Shown here: in pieces, positions 18,856 to 27,522 of the stretch
How positions within the stretch are numbered: position 1 is the stretch's first letter
Layout: every line of letters begins with the position of its first letter
Made by a program: the position numbers and the translations under genes
Origin: a virus
Lineage: Duplodnaviria; Caudoviricetes
Virus record (IMG/VR): IMGVR_UViG_3300016471_001002
Span: 96,001-160,000 of that record
DNA length: 64,000 nt
Strand: one strand, 5' to 3'
The notes under the pieces: model-generated
What the model was told of the DNA's origin: nothing
The model's database searches: none
The model's input: only the letters and a program-made list of their open reading frames with translations

Positions 18856-19844
18856 TTAAGTTTGCAGATGTAATTTTAGACCTACAACAAGGTGATAGCG
18901 GAAAAGGAAAAATTTCGAACGCATTGGTTCAGACTGGCGAATATACACATTCAGTTAGATACAACGGATCTAATAATGCTGGGCATACGGTTTATGTTGA
19001 AGGCAAAAAAATTGTTACGCATAGCATTCCTGCCGGCGTTCTTCATGGTGTAAAAAGCATCATTGGCCCTGGTTGCGTTCTTAATATAGATCATTTCTTT
19101 GATGAAATGGATATGCTTTATGATAAAGGAATTGATCCGGATGATTTAGTTTTTATTTCAAAAAATACTCATATCATTACTAATAAGCATCTTGAAGAAG
19201 ATCAACAAGACGTTTCAATCGGAACAACAAAACGAGGCAACGGACCTGCATATAGAGACAAGTACGCAAGAAAAGGAAAACGTGCTGAAGATTTTCATGA
19301 ATTACAACCTTATTTAATTGATGTTTATGAAGAATTTCATGAAAAACAAGAATGCAGCATCCTCTTTGAAGGAGCGCAAGGATTTTATTTAGACATAGAC
19401 TGGGGTGATTATCCCTATGTGACTTCTTCTCATTGTACGGTTGGATCTGCAGTTATGAATGGAGTTCCACCACAAAAGATTAGAAGAATTTATGGAGCAG
19501 CAAAAATTTATGAGACTTATGTTGGTTCAAAGAAGTTTGAACCGAAAGATCCAGTTTTTGAAAAGATTAGGCAACTAGGTAATGAGTTTGGTGCAACCAC
19601 CAATAGGCCGCGGCAGTGTAATTGGTTGAATATTGATAATCTAGTTAAAGCAGTAAAAGTCAATGGTGTGACAGATCTTGTTATATCGAAGATGGATATT
19701 TTAAGAGAAATCCGAGCATGGAACATGTATTATAAAGGAAGAAAACTTTCTTTCTCTTCTGAGTGGGCAATCAAAGATTTTATCACGACTCAAGTTGGAA
19801 AAGATGTTATTATACATTGGAGTGATAATCCAGAAGCCATATGA
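18852..19844 (+). CDS. purA: Adenylosuccinate synthetase, short form
   Basis: QQGDSGKGK, NNAGHT, IGTTKRGNGPAY, FEGAQG..LDIDWGDYPYVTSS, EFGATTNRPR, ISKMD. Confidence 0.93.
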   Translation: MIKFADVILDLQQGDSGKGKISNALVQTGEYTHSVRYNGSNNAGHTVYVEGKKIVTHSIPAGVLHGVKSIIGPGCVLNIDHFFDEMDMLYDKGIDPDDLVFISKNTHIITNKHLEEDQQDVSIGTTKRGNGPAYRDKYARKGKRAEDFHELQPYLIDVYEEFHEKQECSILFEGAQGFYLDIDWGDYPYVTSSHCTVGSAVMNGVPPQKIRRIYGAAKIYETYVGSKKFEPKDPVFEKIRQLGNEFGATTNRPRQCNWLNIDNLVKAVKVNGVTDLVISKMDILREIRAWNMYYKGRKLSFSSEWAIKDFITTQVGKDVIIHWSDNPEAI

Positions 19845-19861
19845 TTTTCAAGGGGAAAAAA

Positions 19862-20206
19862 ATGGCTAGAAAAGTTGACAAACCGTGGGGGCATGAACTG
19901 ATTTGGGCGGAAACTGAAAAATATGTTGGGAAAATTCTCCATATTTCAAATGGGTTTTGTCTATCGCTACAATATCATAACGTAAAAGATGAAACGATAT
20001 TGGTTCAATCAGGTATTTTAACGATGGAAATAAGAGAAGGCGAGTCTAGGAAAATCTTTAAAATGAATTCTGGAGATTCGATAAGAATTAAACCTACTAT
20101 TATTCATAGAATGTCCGCGTATGACGGAGATGTTGACGTGATTGAAGTTTCAACTTCTGAACTTGATGATGTTATCAGGCTAGAAGACAGTTACGGAAGA
20201 GTTTAG
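19862..20206 (+). CDS. Cupin (mannose-6-phosphate isomerase type II C-terminal-like)
   Basis: KPWGHE, LSLQYHNVKDET, IHRM, IEVST, DVIRLEDSYGR. Confidence 0.85.
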   Translation: MARKVDKPWGHELIWAETEKYVGKILHISNGFCLSLQYHNVKDETILVQSGILTMEIREGESRKIFKMNSGDSIRIKPTIIHRMSAYDGDVDVIEVSTSELDDVIRLEDSYGRV

Positions 20207-20244
20207 TTCATTTTTTGTTGTTTGTAGTATATTATCAATAACTA

Positions 20245-22563
20245 ATGAATTCATCTTCGCATTTAAAAAAATTTTTTGCTTTAGCCATTTGCGCAATAAT
20301 TTCATGCGTAAGCGAAACAAAAGAGACAACTACTGATGTAGTTTTTTCTGATGACATAAGCGATTCTTCGCAGGGGGGCAACGAACCTAAAGAACCTGAA
20401 TCCTGCAAAGAAGAAGAAAAACGAACTTGTCATGTTGCGCTTGGTGAACATGAAGGTGTTCTTAGTTGCTTCGTTGGAGTTCAAACTTGTGTAGATGGTG
20501 AATGGTCTGACTGTTCAGACGGCGAAGATGTCAAAAAAATTCCAAATGATGATGGCAAACCTTTATCGCTAACCTCTGAAAAAGTTTGCACTGATAATCC
20601 CTGCGATCCTCGTTGCAGTAAGTGGGTAGAAGATGGGAAGTGGAAGGCAGACGGTTCTATCTGCAAATGGCCGTGGAATTGGTCTAGCACTCCAGCGGAT
20701 AGTATCGATAAGGCGAACAAGGGAGGCGCAGCCAAAGAACCTTGCACACATGGTTCGCAATGCCACCAGAACCAGAAGTGTCAAGATCCAGCTCAAGGAA
20801 GTTGCTCTCATGACATCTGCACCAAAGGTGCAGGTTTAATCAAGGGTTGTGAGACCAAGTGTGTTGACAAGATCTGTGACGAGAAGCCTCAGTGCTGCGA
20901 GAAGAAGTATACAGGTACTTGTGAAGTCGAACCTTGCTTGACCTATCAAAAGGGGTTAACTAAAGATTGCGATCCAAATGTCAAGAAGACCTGTGATTGG
21001 GACAAGACGTGTTGCCCTTATACTCAGATCGAAACCTGTAGTTATTGGGGAATCATTGGATATAAACAGGTTTGCGAATGGATCGAAACTTACAAGTGTG
21101 GCTGGCGTAATTACTATTTCTGCGGATGGAGATGGAGAGAAGTATACACATGTGGTTGGCGTTGGAGAGAAATTTATAAATGTGGCTGGAGATGGCGTGA
21201 GTTCTACGTCTGCGGGTGGCGGTGGAGAGAAATATACGTTTGCGGATGGAGATGGAGAGAAGTATACGTCTGTGGCTGGCGACAGACCTATGTTTGCGGG
21301 TGGAATTATTGTTGTAACTTCTTCTGGTGCGAATGGTGCTACACTTGCTGGTGGGATTACCGGTACGAGTGCTGGTGGGAACAAGTATATGTCTATGAGT
21401 GTTGGTGGGAACAGATCTACGTATATGAATGCTGGTGGGAGCTTCGATATGTGTACGAGTGTTGGTGGGAACAGATCTATGTTTATGAGTGCTGGTGGGA
21501 GCAGCAATACGTGTATGAATGTTGGTGGGAAGAGCGTTACGAGTGCTGGTGGGAACTGACACAAAAGTGTTGGGATGAGCCTGAGTACGGTTGGATCTAT
21601 TATTCCTGCGAGAAGAGTTACGAGGGTGAGTGGACCCAAAAGTGCGTAGATCAATACAAGGTTTATAATCCTGGAGCTTGTCCCATGAGTTGGAAGGGAG
21701 ATTGGGATGCCACCTGTATCAATGCGGTCCACGATACATGTCACAACTATTGCGATGGAGTCAAGAAGGGAGCCGGTGATTGTGTAGAATGGGAGGCTCC
21801 AAACTTCGATGACAAGTGTGGAGACTTTGAACTCGGGGTTGGCCTCACCTGTCAATCAGGTAACACGCCGATCGTCCCAATCTGCAACACTGGGTCCAAA
21901 GAAGCACCGAAAGGTATTCCGATCGCAATCATGCCGAAGGGTTCAGGTTATTTTGGAACAGAACCAACATCGCTTCCGGGTGCGAAGTACTGCTACACCG
22001 ATGAAGCTATTCCGGCCGGTGAGTGTCGCAACGTGAAGAGCTGTAATGTGGTCGACGGAGACGAGGTCATGGTCAACCCGTCCACGAACGCCAGCTACAA
22101 CAAGGCTGAGTGCTTCAAGGGTGACAACTGGGGATTCTTCTATAATGCGGCCTGTGGATATCCACCAAAATGTCCAGGGGGTTATCTAGATACCACCAAA
22201 GTGGAATCTTATGAAACTACTTGTGAATCTGGCGAGACACCAGTCTGGGGTTTCTTGTCTTGGGATTCAACAACACCGCCTGGCACAGAAGTTTCATTCC
22301 GCGTGAGGACAGCGGGAACGAAAGCAGATCTTTCTTCTGCAACTTGGTATTCTGTGTCGACCAAATCGACGAATGCATCTCCTGATTGTTTGGCCAGCGG
22401 ACCGTCACCATGTCCGGTTGACCTCTACAACGTGCTTGGAAAGATTCAAGCTCAGAAGAAGTTCCTGGAGTTGGAGGTCAGTATCAAGGTCGACGCTAAC
22501 AAGAAGAACACACCGGTTCTAGAAAAATGGGAGATCAGCTATTCCTGTAAGGAGGAACAGTGA
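20245..22563 (+). CDS. Secreted/lipoprotein Cys- and Trp-rich protein with mirror-symmetric repeat insert
   Basis: Lipobox-like IISC; Cys-rich domains; CGWRWRExY and CWWEQxYVYE repeats; C-terminal SWDSTTPPGTEVSFRVRTA beta domain. Confidence 0.8.
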   Translation: MNSSSHLKKFFALAICAIISCVSETKETTTDVVFSDDISDSSQGGNEPKEPESCKEEEKRTCHVALGEHEGVLSCFVGVQTCVDGEWSDCSDGEDVKKIPNDDGKPLSLTSEKVCTDNPCDPRCSKWVEDGKWKADGSICKWPWNWSSTPADSIDKANKGGAAKEPCTHGSQCHQNQKCQDPAQGSCSHDICTKGAGLIKGCETKCVDKICDEKPQCCEKKYTGTCEVEPCLTYQKGLTKDCDPNVKKTCDWDKTCCPYTQIETCSYWGIIGYKQVCEWIETYKCGWRNYYFCGWRWREVYTCGWRWREIYKCGWRWREFYVCGWRWREIYVCGWRWREVYVCGWRQTYVCGWNYCCNFFWCEWCYTCWWDYRYECWWEQVYVYECWWEQIYVYECWWELRYVYECWWEQIYVYECWWEQQYVYECWWEERYECWWELTQKCWDEPEYGWIYYSCEKSYEGEWTQKCVDQYKVYNPGACPMSWKGDWDATCINAVHDTCHNYCDGVKKGAGDCVEWEAPNFDDKCGDFELGVGLTCQSGNTPIVPICNTGSKEAPKGIPIAIMPKGSGYFGTEPTSLPGAKYCYTDEAIPAGECRNVKSCNVVDGDEVMVNPSTNASYNKAECFKGDNWGFFYNAACGYPPKCPGGYLDTTKVESYETTCESGETPVWGFLSWDSTTPPGTEVSFRVRTAGTKADLSSATWYSVSTKSTNASPDCLASGPSPCPVDLYNVLGKIQAQKKFLELEVSIKVDANKKNTPVLEKWEISYSCKEEQ

Positions 22564-22941
22564 TCATCGAGAACGCTTAAGTTCTTCTTTGATTAACTCG
22601 CGAAGAACGCCTCGAAGAACTTTTTCTTCGAGGTTGGCATCAATAGCAGATACGACGTATTTGTTTTTTCTCAAGCTAGAATTCAAATTAAATATGTCCA
22701 TCCCAGCTCCACCCACGTATGCGACCACATTATTGAGTTGAGCTATTAAATCGTCGAGAACCTTCTTGTCTTGATCATCGACTTGACCATCACCAGTTAC
22801 GTCAGCGTTTTGGCTCTTTTGAATTGCGCTAATAACTTTACCGATGCCAACGACAGGTTCATCTAACTGTTTTTTTATTTTGGCAAGAGCCACGTGAGTT
22901 TTTGCTGCGCCAAGCTCATTTATTCTAGACGGTTTTTTCAT
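22564..22941 (-). CDS. Hypothetical protein with EF-hand/dockerin-like loop
   Basis: NADVTGDGQVDDQD; ends LRELIKEELKR; ATGA overlap with upstream gene. Confidence 0.55.
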   Translation of the reverse strand: MKKPSRINELGAAKTHVALAKIKKQLDEPVVGIGKVISAIQKSQNADVTGDGQVDDQDKKVLDDLIAQLNNVVAYVGGAGMDIFNLNSSLRKNKYVVSAIDANLEEKVLRGVLRELIKEELKRSR

Positions 22942-23573
22942 TTCTTTTTCTTCTTTTTGCCACGTGCTTTTTTGATTTGATTCCATTGAGCGGCGTCGAC
23001 TTTTCTTGCGGGACCGCCTGCAAGCACGCTATTGACTCTGGCCATTGCCCACGCATGTTGAGAAGCCCCGGGTCTATGTCCCGTTCTCCATGCTGCTAGA
23101 CCTTTATTATAGATTGCTCGCAAGGCGCTCATCGGCGCGCCAGACTTTTCTGCCTTGTTTTTCAGAGCTTTTGTGACGTTGTTTCCTTTTTTCTTCTCTT
23201 CGAGGACGGCCTCCGCGATAAATTCTTTTAGGACGTCTAAGTCGACCGCCAAATCTAGATCTTCTTCTAACAAGTCTTCATTTTCGATTAATGATTCTCC
23301 GAACATGTCTTTAACTTTCTTGTTCCATTTGGAAGGTTTTGTTTTTATTGGCTCACCAGTCTTTGGGTCTTTGTCTGTGGCAAAAGGTCGATAAGCTGAT
23401 GGATCATCAGTGTCTTTCTTTGCGCGCGCTCTTATTTCTTTTGCTCTCTTTTCCTTTTCAGGAGAACCTTTTAGATAAGAAGGATTAACCTTGCTTTTTT
23501 TCTCTTCTTCTCCTAAAATTGATTCAATTTCTTCTAAGATTATTTCGTATAATTTTTGTTCTGTCTCAAGCAT
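22938..23573 (-). CDS. Conserved viral protein (DUF5824-like C-terminal domain)
   Basis: LRAIYNKGLAAWRTGHRPGASQHAWAMARVNS motif recalled from large DNA viruses. Confidence 0.55.
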   Translation of the reverse strand: MLETEQKLYEIILEEIESILGEEEKKSKVNPSYLKGSPEKEKRAKEIRARAKKDTDDPSAYRPFATDKDPKTGEPIKTKPSKWNKKVKDMFGESLIENEDLLEEDLDLAVDLDVLKEFIAEAVLEEKKKGNNVTKALKNKAEKSGAPMSALRAIYNKGLAAWRTGHRPGASQHAWAMARVNSVLAGGPARKVDAAQWNQIKKARGKKKKKK

Positions 23574-23590
23574 GAAATAATTATTCAGCG

Positions 23591-23911
23591 ATGTTCCAAA
23601 GAGGATTAAATTTATTTAGATCAATTTCATTTGCTTTAAAGCATCGTTTAAAGCACAAACTAGAACATTTTTCTATTTCAGAACTAAAAGATGTGTTCAT
23701 AAAGGGAGGAGTTCCTCTTCTCATCATATTCATTGGATGGGAAATAATAGAAGATGTTCTGTTTCCAGCCGCGTTTTGGACGTTAGGAAAATTTGTTCAT
23801 CCTGTATTTTATGCAGGAATGCCGATATCATGGATGCTGTGTCTTCATTGGATCGCAGTCCCGGTTCTTTGGGGAGTTTGGATGAAAATATCAAAAAAAT
23901 CGAAGCAGTGA
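23591..23911 (+). CDS. Small membrane protein
   Basis: Several hydrophobic Trp-rich segments. Confidence 0.55.
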   Translation: MFQRGLNLFRSISFALKHRLKHKLEHFSISELKDVFIKGGVPLLIIFIGWEIIEDVLFPAAFWTLGKFVHPVFYAGMPISWMLCLHWIAVPVLWGVWMKISKKSKQ

Positions 23912-23943
23912 AAAAGCTCATAACTTTGATGTAGTATGGATCT
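23909..23943 (+). promoter_or_regulatory. Promoter TGAAAA-N17-TAGTAT-N6-ATG
   Basis: Conserved geometry. Confidence 0.65.
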
Positions 23944-24891
23944 ATGTTATCGTTTGAGGCACTTTCCTGTGATCCTTTGCGATTAATTAAGCAAAAATTT
24001 GCAAAATCTCGCGTCTTTATACCACGTGTCATCGAAACGTTGGAAGGCGTCTTCTCAAGAGGCGGCTATGTGTCAGGAGGATCTGCTGCGATCGTTGGCA
24101 GATGGTTGTTTTCTGAATTGAGTTATGGTACTTTGCCAGAAGAAGGTCCAAGATTTAAAAATGATGATCCTCAAAACCGTGTAGAGGAATACCTCATTTT
24201 GCCATCTTTTAGAATCCCGAAGGATGCAGAAGATAGGCTTAAAAATCGTTTTTGGAAATCAGGGGCTGGAGATATTGACTTTTATTTTAAAAATGATTCA
24301 GATGCATCTGATGTCATCCAATTCCTCAACATGGAAGTGAAGAGGTATAAAGTCTCCAACTTGTATCCGTCAGGTGATGCTCCGACTTTGGCTGGATGGG
24401 GACGAGAATATTATTTTGGTAATGCCCTCGTACAAGCAATCACGAAAATTACAGGTGATCCGTGTCAAATACTTGAATCTTTTGACATTGTCAATGCGCA
24501 GTGTTATCTAGACAAGAGTGGATTTTACTACACAAATCGTTGGTTAGATTGCGAAAAGAGGGGCGAGCTAGAGATTTTTAGGGGCGATAAGGACAACCTA
24601 TTATGGAGAGTCTCAAAATGGGCCGTACGACACAACTTAAGAGTAACCAGCGATTCTCAAAAGATTCTATCACATGCAGCCGTCAATCTTGCTGAAAAGA
24701 TTCAATTAGGAGATGGTCCTGTGATGTGGAATCGACCGGTCGACATGAAACATTTACGTGGAAAGGTTAAAGAATTAATTTGGAGATGGGATGCAAGCAA
24801 TATTCTATTGGCATCTCTTATTTTAGATTCTTATGATCAACTTGATCTATTAGGGTTAATTTCTGAAAAGAGCAAGGAGAATGATGCGTAA
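23944..24891 (+). CDS. Pol-beta superfamily nucleotidyltransferase-like protein
   Basis: GGYVSGGS..., GDIDFYF (DxD), ESFDIVNAQ. Confidence 0.6.
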   Translation: MLSFEALSCDPLRLIKQKFAKSRVFIPRVIETLEGVFSRGGYVSGGSAAIVGRWLFSELSYGTLPEEGPRFKNDDPQNRVEEYLILPSFRIPKDAEDRLKNRFWKSGAGDIDFYFKNDSDASDVIQFLNMEVKRYKVSNLYPSGDAPTLAGWGREYYFGNALVQAITKITGDPCQILESFDIVNAQCYLDKSGFYYTNRWLDCEKRGELEIFRGDKDNLLWRVSKWAVRHNLRVTSDSQKILSHAAVNLAEKIQLGDGPVMWNRPVDMKHLRGKVKELIWRWDASNILLASLILDSYDQLDLLGLISEKSKENDA

Positions 24892-25270
24892 TGTCATTGG
24901 AAAGAAAAAGACCAAAGCTATCTCGAAAGATGTTCAAAGATTTAAAGTAGGAGATTTGGTAAAGATAGTTGAAGATCCAAATAGTTTTGTGATCGGTGAG
25001 GGTCTCATTGACAGAATGGGTCTCATCGTAGAGTATGATTCAGAAAAAAACATTTATAGCGTTTTATTAGAAAACGGAAACAAATTTAGGATTTTGGATT
25101 TTATGTTGAAAAATGTAAAAAATATGAAAAAGCAAAAGAAACAGAAAAAGTTGGACGAAAGCGATTACACAAAAACGATTACGCACTGTCCAACTTGCGG
25201 AGTTGATCTAAATGGACCTGATTTTTGCAAATCGATAAATTGTGCTTGCGCTCCTAAAATTACGTGTTAA
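24881..25270 (+). CDS. SH3/KOW-like protein with Cys-rich C-terminus
   Basis: FKVGDLVKI, MGLIVE; CPTC...CKSINC. Confidence 0.55.
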   Translation: MMRNVIGKKKTKAISKDVQRFKVGDLVKIVEDPNSFVIGEGLIDRMGLIVEYDSEKNIYSVLLENGNKFRILDFMLKNVKNMKKQKKQKKLDESDYTKTITHCPTCGVDLNGPDFCKSINCACAPKITC

Positions 25271-25279
25271 TTATGGGAG

Positions 25280-25546
25280 ATGCAATCAAGCTCTTCTTTA
25301 GAGAAAATATTTAAATGCGGACAGTTGATCACTACAAATTTTGAAGGTGATTACAGGTTAACGTATTGTAGAGTACCTCTAGAGAAAACCATTCCAAATA
25401 ATACTCGATTCTACTGTGGAGACATAGGTCTTATCGTTGAAACGTTAGATGTACCAGACTTATTTTATACGTCTGGATTCGCGATGATTTTAGTTCCACA
25501 AGGAAGAGGGTGGGTCCCTTTTGAGTGGTTAAAGTCGTTGAGTTAA
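25280..25546 (+). CDS. Small SH3/KOW-like protein
   Basis: CGQLI, DIGLIVE, ILVPQGRGW. Confidence 0.6.
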   Translation: MQSSSSLEKIFKCGQLITTNFEGDYRLTYCRVPLEKTIPNNTRFYCGDIGLIVETLDVPDLFYTSGFAMILVPQGRGWVPFEWLKSLS

Positions 25547-25547
25547 T

Positions 25548-25781
25548 ATGTCGCCTGGGGATTTAGTACAAATTACATTAAGAGGAGTATGTTCCGATAA
25601 GTTTATAGGAATATTATTATCAATTTCTCTGGAGTCTCCCCACATTCCAAGGTATGATTCTCAGCAAAGTCGTCCTGGACCGATTTTTAATTTGAAAGTT
25701 TTGAAAATTGATGGAGAAATATGGGATTCTTGGATCGATCAAAATGATATTGTAGAAACTTTATTAAAAAATGAATTATGA
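25548..25781 (+). CDS. Small SH3/KOW-like protein
   Basis: MSPGDLVQ, IGILL. Confidence 0.6.
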   Translation: MSPGDLVQITLRGVCSDKFIGILLSISLESPHIPRYDSQQSRPGPIFNLKVLKIDGEIWDSWIDQNDIVETLLKNEL

Positions 25782-25790
25782 TTGATCAAA

Positions 25791-26018
25791 ATGATGAAGA
25801 CCGGTGATCTTATCATCGTTATTTCTCACGAATGGGAAAAATCCCAACACGGTCGGCGAGGGTATTCTTCATATCCAAGAGTCCGTGGGTTTCATAAGTC
25901 AATCTACGTAGTACCAGACACGATCGGAATCATACTAGAAAAACGGAATGATTACTACAGGATAGCCTTCGACTCTAGAGAAGTTTGGATGAACATGGAC
26001 AAGGTGAAAAAGCTATAG
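25791..26018 (+). CDS. Small SH3/KOW-like protein
   Basis: KTGDLII, TIGIILE. Confidence 0.6.
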   Translation: MMKTGDLIIVISHEWEKSQHGRRGYSSYPRVRGFHKSIYVVPDTIGIILEKRNDYYRIAFDSREVWMNMDKVKKL

Positions 26019-26034
26019 GATCTCCGGTGGTGGT

Positions 26035-26277
26035 ATGTCGTCGTCTCGTAGAAAAAACGTTGGTGATCTTGTGGTTCCAATCGGTACTTGGGACATTCTT
26101 CTCTTCGATGAAAATGCCGAACTTGGCTACACGATCCACTGGAAACCTGAACACGTGGCTCTCGTCATCGGTATGAAGACCCTCAACGATACCCAAGGAA
26201 GAACTAGGTTAATCGAGGTCCTCACCCCCAACGGTGCCGGATGGTGTTACCTATCGGAGGCTCAGAAGGTAAGATGA
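26035..26277 (+). CDS. Small SH3/KOW-like protein
   Basis: VGDLVV, EVLTPNGAGW. Confidence 0.6.
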   Translation: MSSSRRKNVGDLVVPIGTWDILLFDENAELGYTIHWKPEHVALVIGMKTLNDTQGRTRLIEVLTPNGAGWCYLSEAQKVR

Positions 26278-26477
26278 ACCCCGGTGACCTCGTTAGAAAA
26301 ATCGATTGGAACGGTGAGTTGAATCCCCGGTTGTTAGGGATTCTTCTCGAGGTGAAGATCGATAAAAAGTTGTTGAAGAGCCCCTTTGGAGTTCCGTGGA
26401 TTTATAAAGTGGCATGGAACGATGGTATTATCAAGGAACACGAGATGGGTACCCTCCGCAGGGTTTCAGTCAGGTGA
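26274..26477 (+). CDS. Small SH3/KOW-like protein
   Basis: MNPGDLVR, LGILLE; ATG overlaps upstream stop. Confidence 0.6.
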   Translation: MNPGDLVRKIDWNGELNPRLLGILLEVKIDKKLLKSPFGVPWIYKVAWNDGIIKEHEMGTLRRVSVR

Positions 26478-26480
26478 AAC

Positions 26481-26699
26481 ATGGAAATCACTTACCACGG
26501 GCACAACACCATAGAACTTAATCCTGGTGACCTAATCCGTTACCAGCTGGTTTCTGGTGTTTGGAACTACATGGGTACATTCATCGATGTTCTTCCACCC
26601 CTTCCTCACCGCGGAAACGTAAGATGGATTCGAGTCTTAACTCAGGACGGTTTGCAGAAGTTAAACACGGCCACCATTTTCAGGATGGAAAAGCAATGA
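26481..26699 (+). CDS. Small SH3/KOW-like protein
   Basis: NPGDLIR, RVLTQDG. Confidence 0.6.
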   Translation: MEITYHGHNTIELNPGDLIRYQLVSGVWNYMGTFIDVLPPLPHRGNVRWIRVLTQDGLQKLNTATIFRMEKQ

Positions 26700-26700
26700 G

Positions 26701-26735
26701 TGCAAAACCCGTCTTTCCTGTGGTATACTGACCCT
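26701..26735 (+). promoter_or_regulatory. Promoter TGCAAA-N17-TATACT-N6-ATG
   Basis: Conserved geometry, extended -10. Confidence 0.8.
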
Positions 26736-26945
26736 ATGGATCTGAAGCCCGGTGACCTGGTTCGGCACAAGATCAACCGCGATTGGGTGGGTGTGGTGTT
26801 GGGACTCGCAGTGGACCCGAATTCTCGTAGGAAATTTACGAAGTACACCGCCTACCAGTTGAACTCCTACCGTGTTCTTCGCCTGGGATCTGAATCGACC
26901 CTCTTCGCTAGGTTTCACATCTCGTACTTGGAGGTCATTGGGTGA
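26736..26945 (+). CDS. Small SH3/KOW-like protein
   Basis: LKPGDLVR, VGVVLG, LEVI. Confidence 0.6.
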   Translation: MDLKPGDLVRHKINRDWVGVVLGLAVDPNSRRKFTKYTAYQLNSYRVLRLGSESTLFARFHISYLEVIG

Positions 26946-27145
26946 TCAAACCGGGCGATCTGATTCGATTTACTTGGGCTCATCACCAGACGGCCATGGG
27001 TGTTGTTCTATCCATCCATCCACCGCCCAATTATCACAGTGGAATTGATTACACGATAGAGATCTTAGAGCCCGACGGCCGTAAGTTCGTTTATGATGTT
27101 TTTCGGGGTGGTGACCAACCGGAGGTCCTCAGTGAAGCCGGGTGA
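26942..27145 (+). CDS. Small SH3/KOW-like protein
   Basis: KPGDLIR, MGVVLS. Confidence 0.6.
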   Translation: MIKPGDLIRFTWAHHQTAMGVVLSIHPPPNYHSGIDYTIEILEPDGRKFVYDVFRGGDQPEVLSEAG

Positions 27146-27338
27146 TCTCATTCGTGGGAAGCAAGGCTTCTGGAAGGGCACCCCTCTGGTTGGTATCATC
27201 ATCAAGGAATCTGACCGTAGCAACACCTGGGGAGATGACAGGCACCAATGGTGGACGGTCCTGTGTGAGGGAGGTGTGGTTGTGGACGAGATTGAATCAC
27301 TGATGGAGGTCGTCGATGAAAACTCTTCAGGCAGGTGA
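27132..27338 (+). CDS. Small SH3/KOW-like protein
   Basis: GTG start, KPGDLIR, VGIIIK, MEVV. Confidence 0.6.
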   Translation: MKPGDLIRGKQGFWKGTPLVGIIIKESDRSNTWGDDRHQWWTVLCEGGVVVDEIESLMEVVDENSSGR

Positions 27339-27522
27339 CCTTGTTCAGGTGGAACCGCATGCCAGTTGCAACGTGGATTGGGGTTCGGCCAAGAGGCATT
27401 TTAACACTGGTAAACAGCCCACCTTGGGAGTCCTGATCGAGAACAAACTCGAGTGGTACCATGTGATGATGAACGATGGTAGATCTGGGTGGATTTGGTT
27501 CCGTGAGGTGAAGCCGTTGTGA
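27316..27522 (+). CDS. Small SH3/KOW-like protein
   Basis: AGDLVQ, LGVLIE, GRSGW. Confidence 0.6.
   Translation: MKTLQAGDLVQVEPHASCNVDWGSAKRHFNTGKQPTLGVLIENKLEWYHVMMNDGRSGWIWFREVKPL

Noticed and set aside
18852-19844. PurZ (2-aminoadenine DNA pathway)
   Set aside because: The catalytic Asp is retained (GDSGKGK rather than GSTGKG) and the TT.R.R loop is PurA-like; no DatZ/MazZ-like neighbour is visible.
4443-19844. Bacterial chromosome (clpP, aceA, purA)
   Set aside because: These genes lack their normal operon partners and are embedded among phage-type hypothetical genes at phage-like gene density.
21073-21570. CRISPR array
   Set aside because: The 24-30-bp periodicity is degenerate at third codon positions, lies inside one ORF, and has no unique spacers or cas genes.
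20956-21855. Alternative-frame and antisense ORFs over the Cys/Trp repeat (20956..21855, 20978..21559, 21053..21562)
   Set aside because: They are shadows of a repetitive, stop-poor coding region and have no independent initiation signals.
11892-23573. Eukaryotic giant-virus origin (minimal PolX, MBD4-like, DUF5824-like)
   Set aside because: Sigma70-type promoters, SD sequences, translational coupling, peptidoglycan enzymes and tail fibres indicate a bacteriophage.
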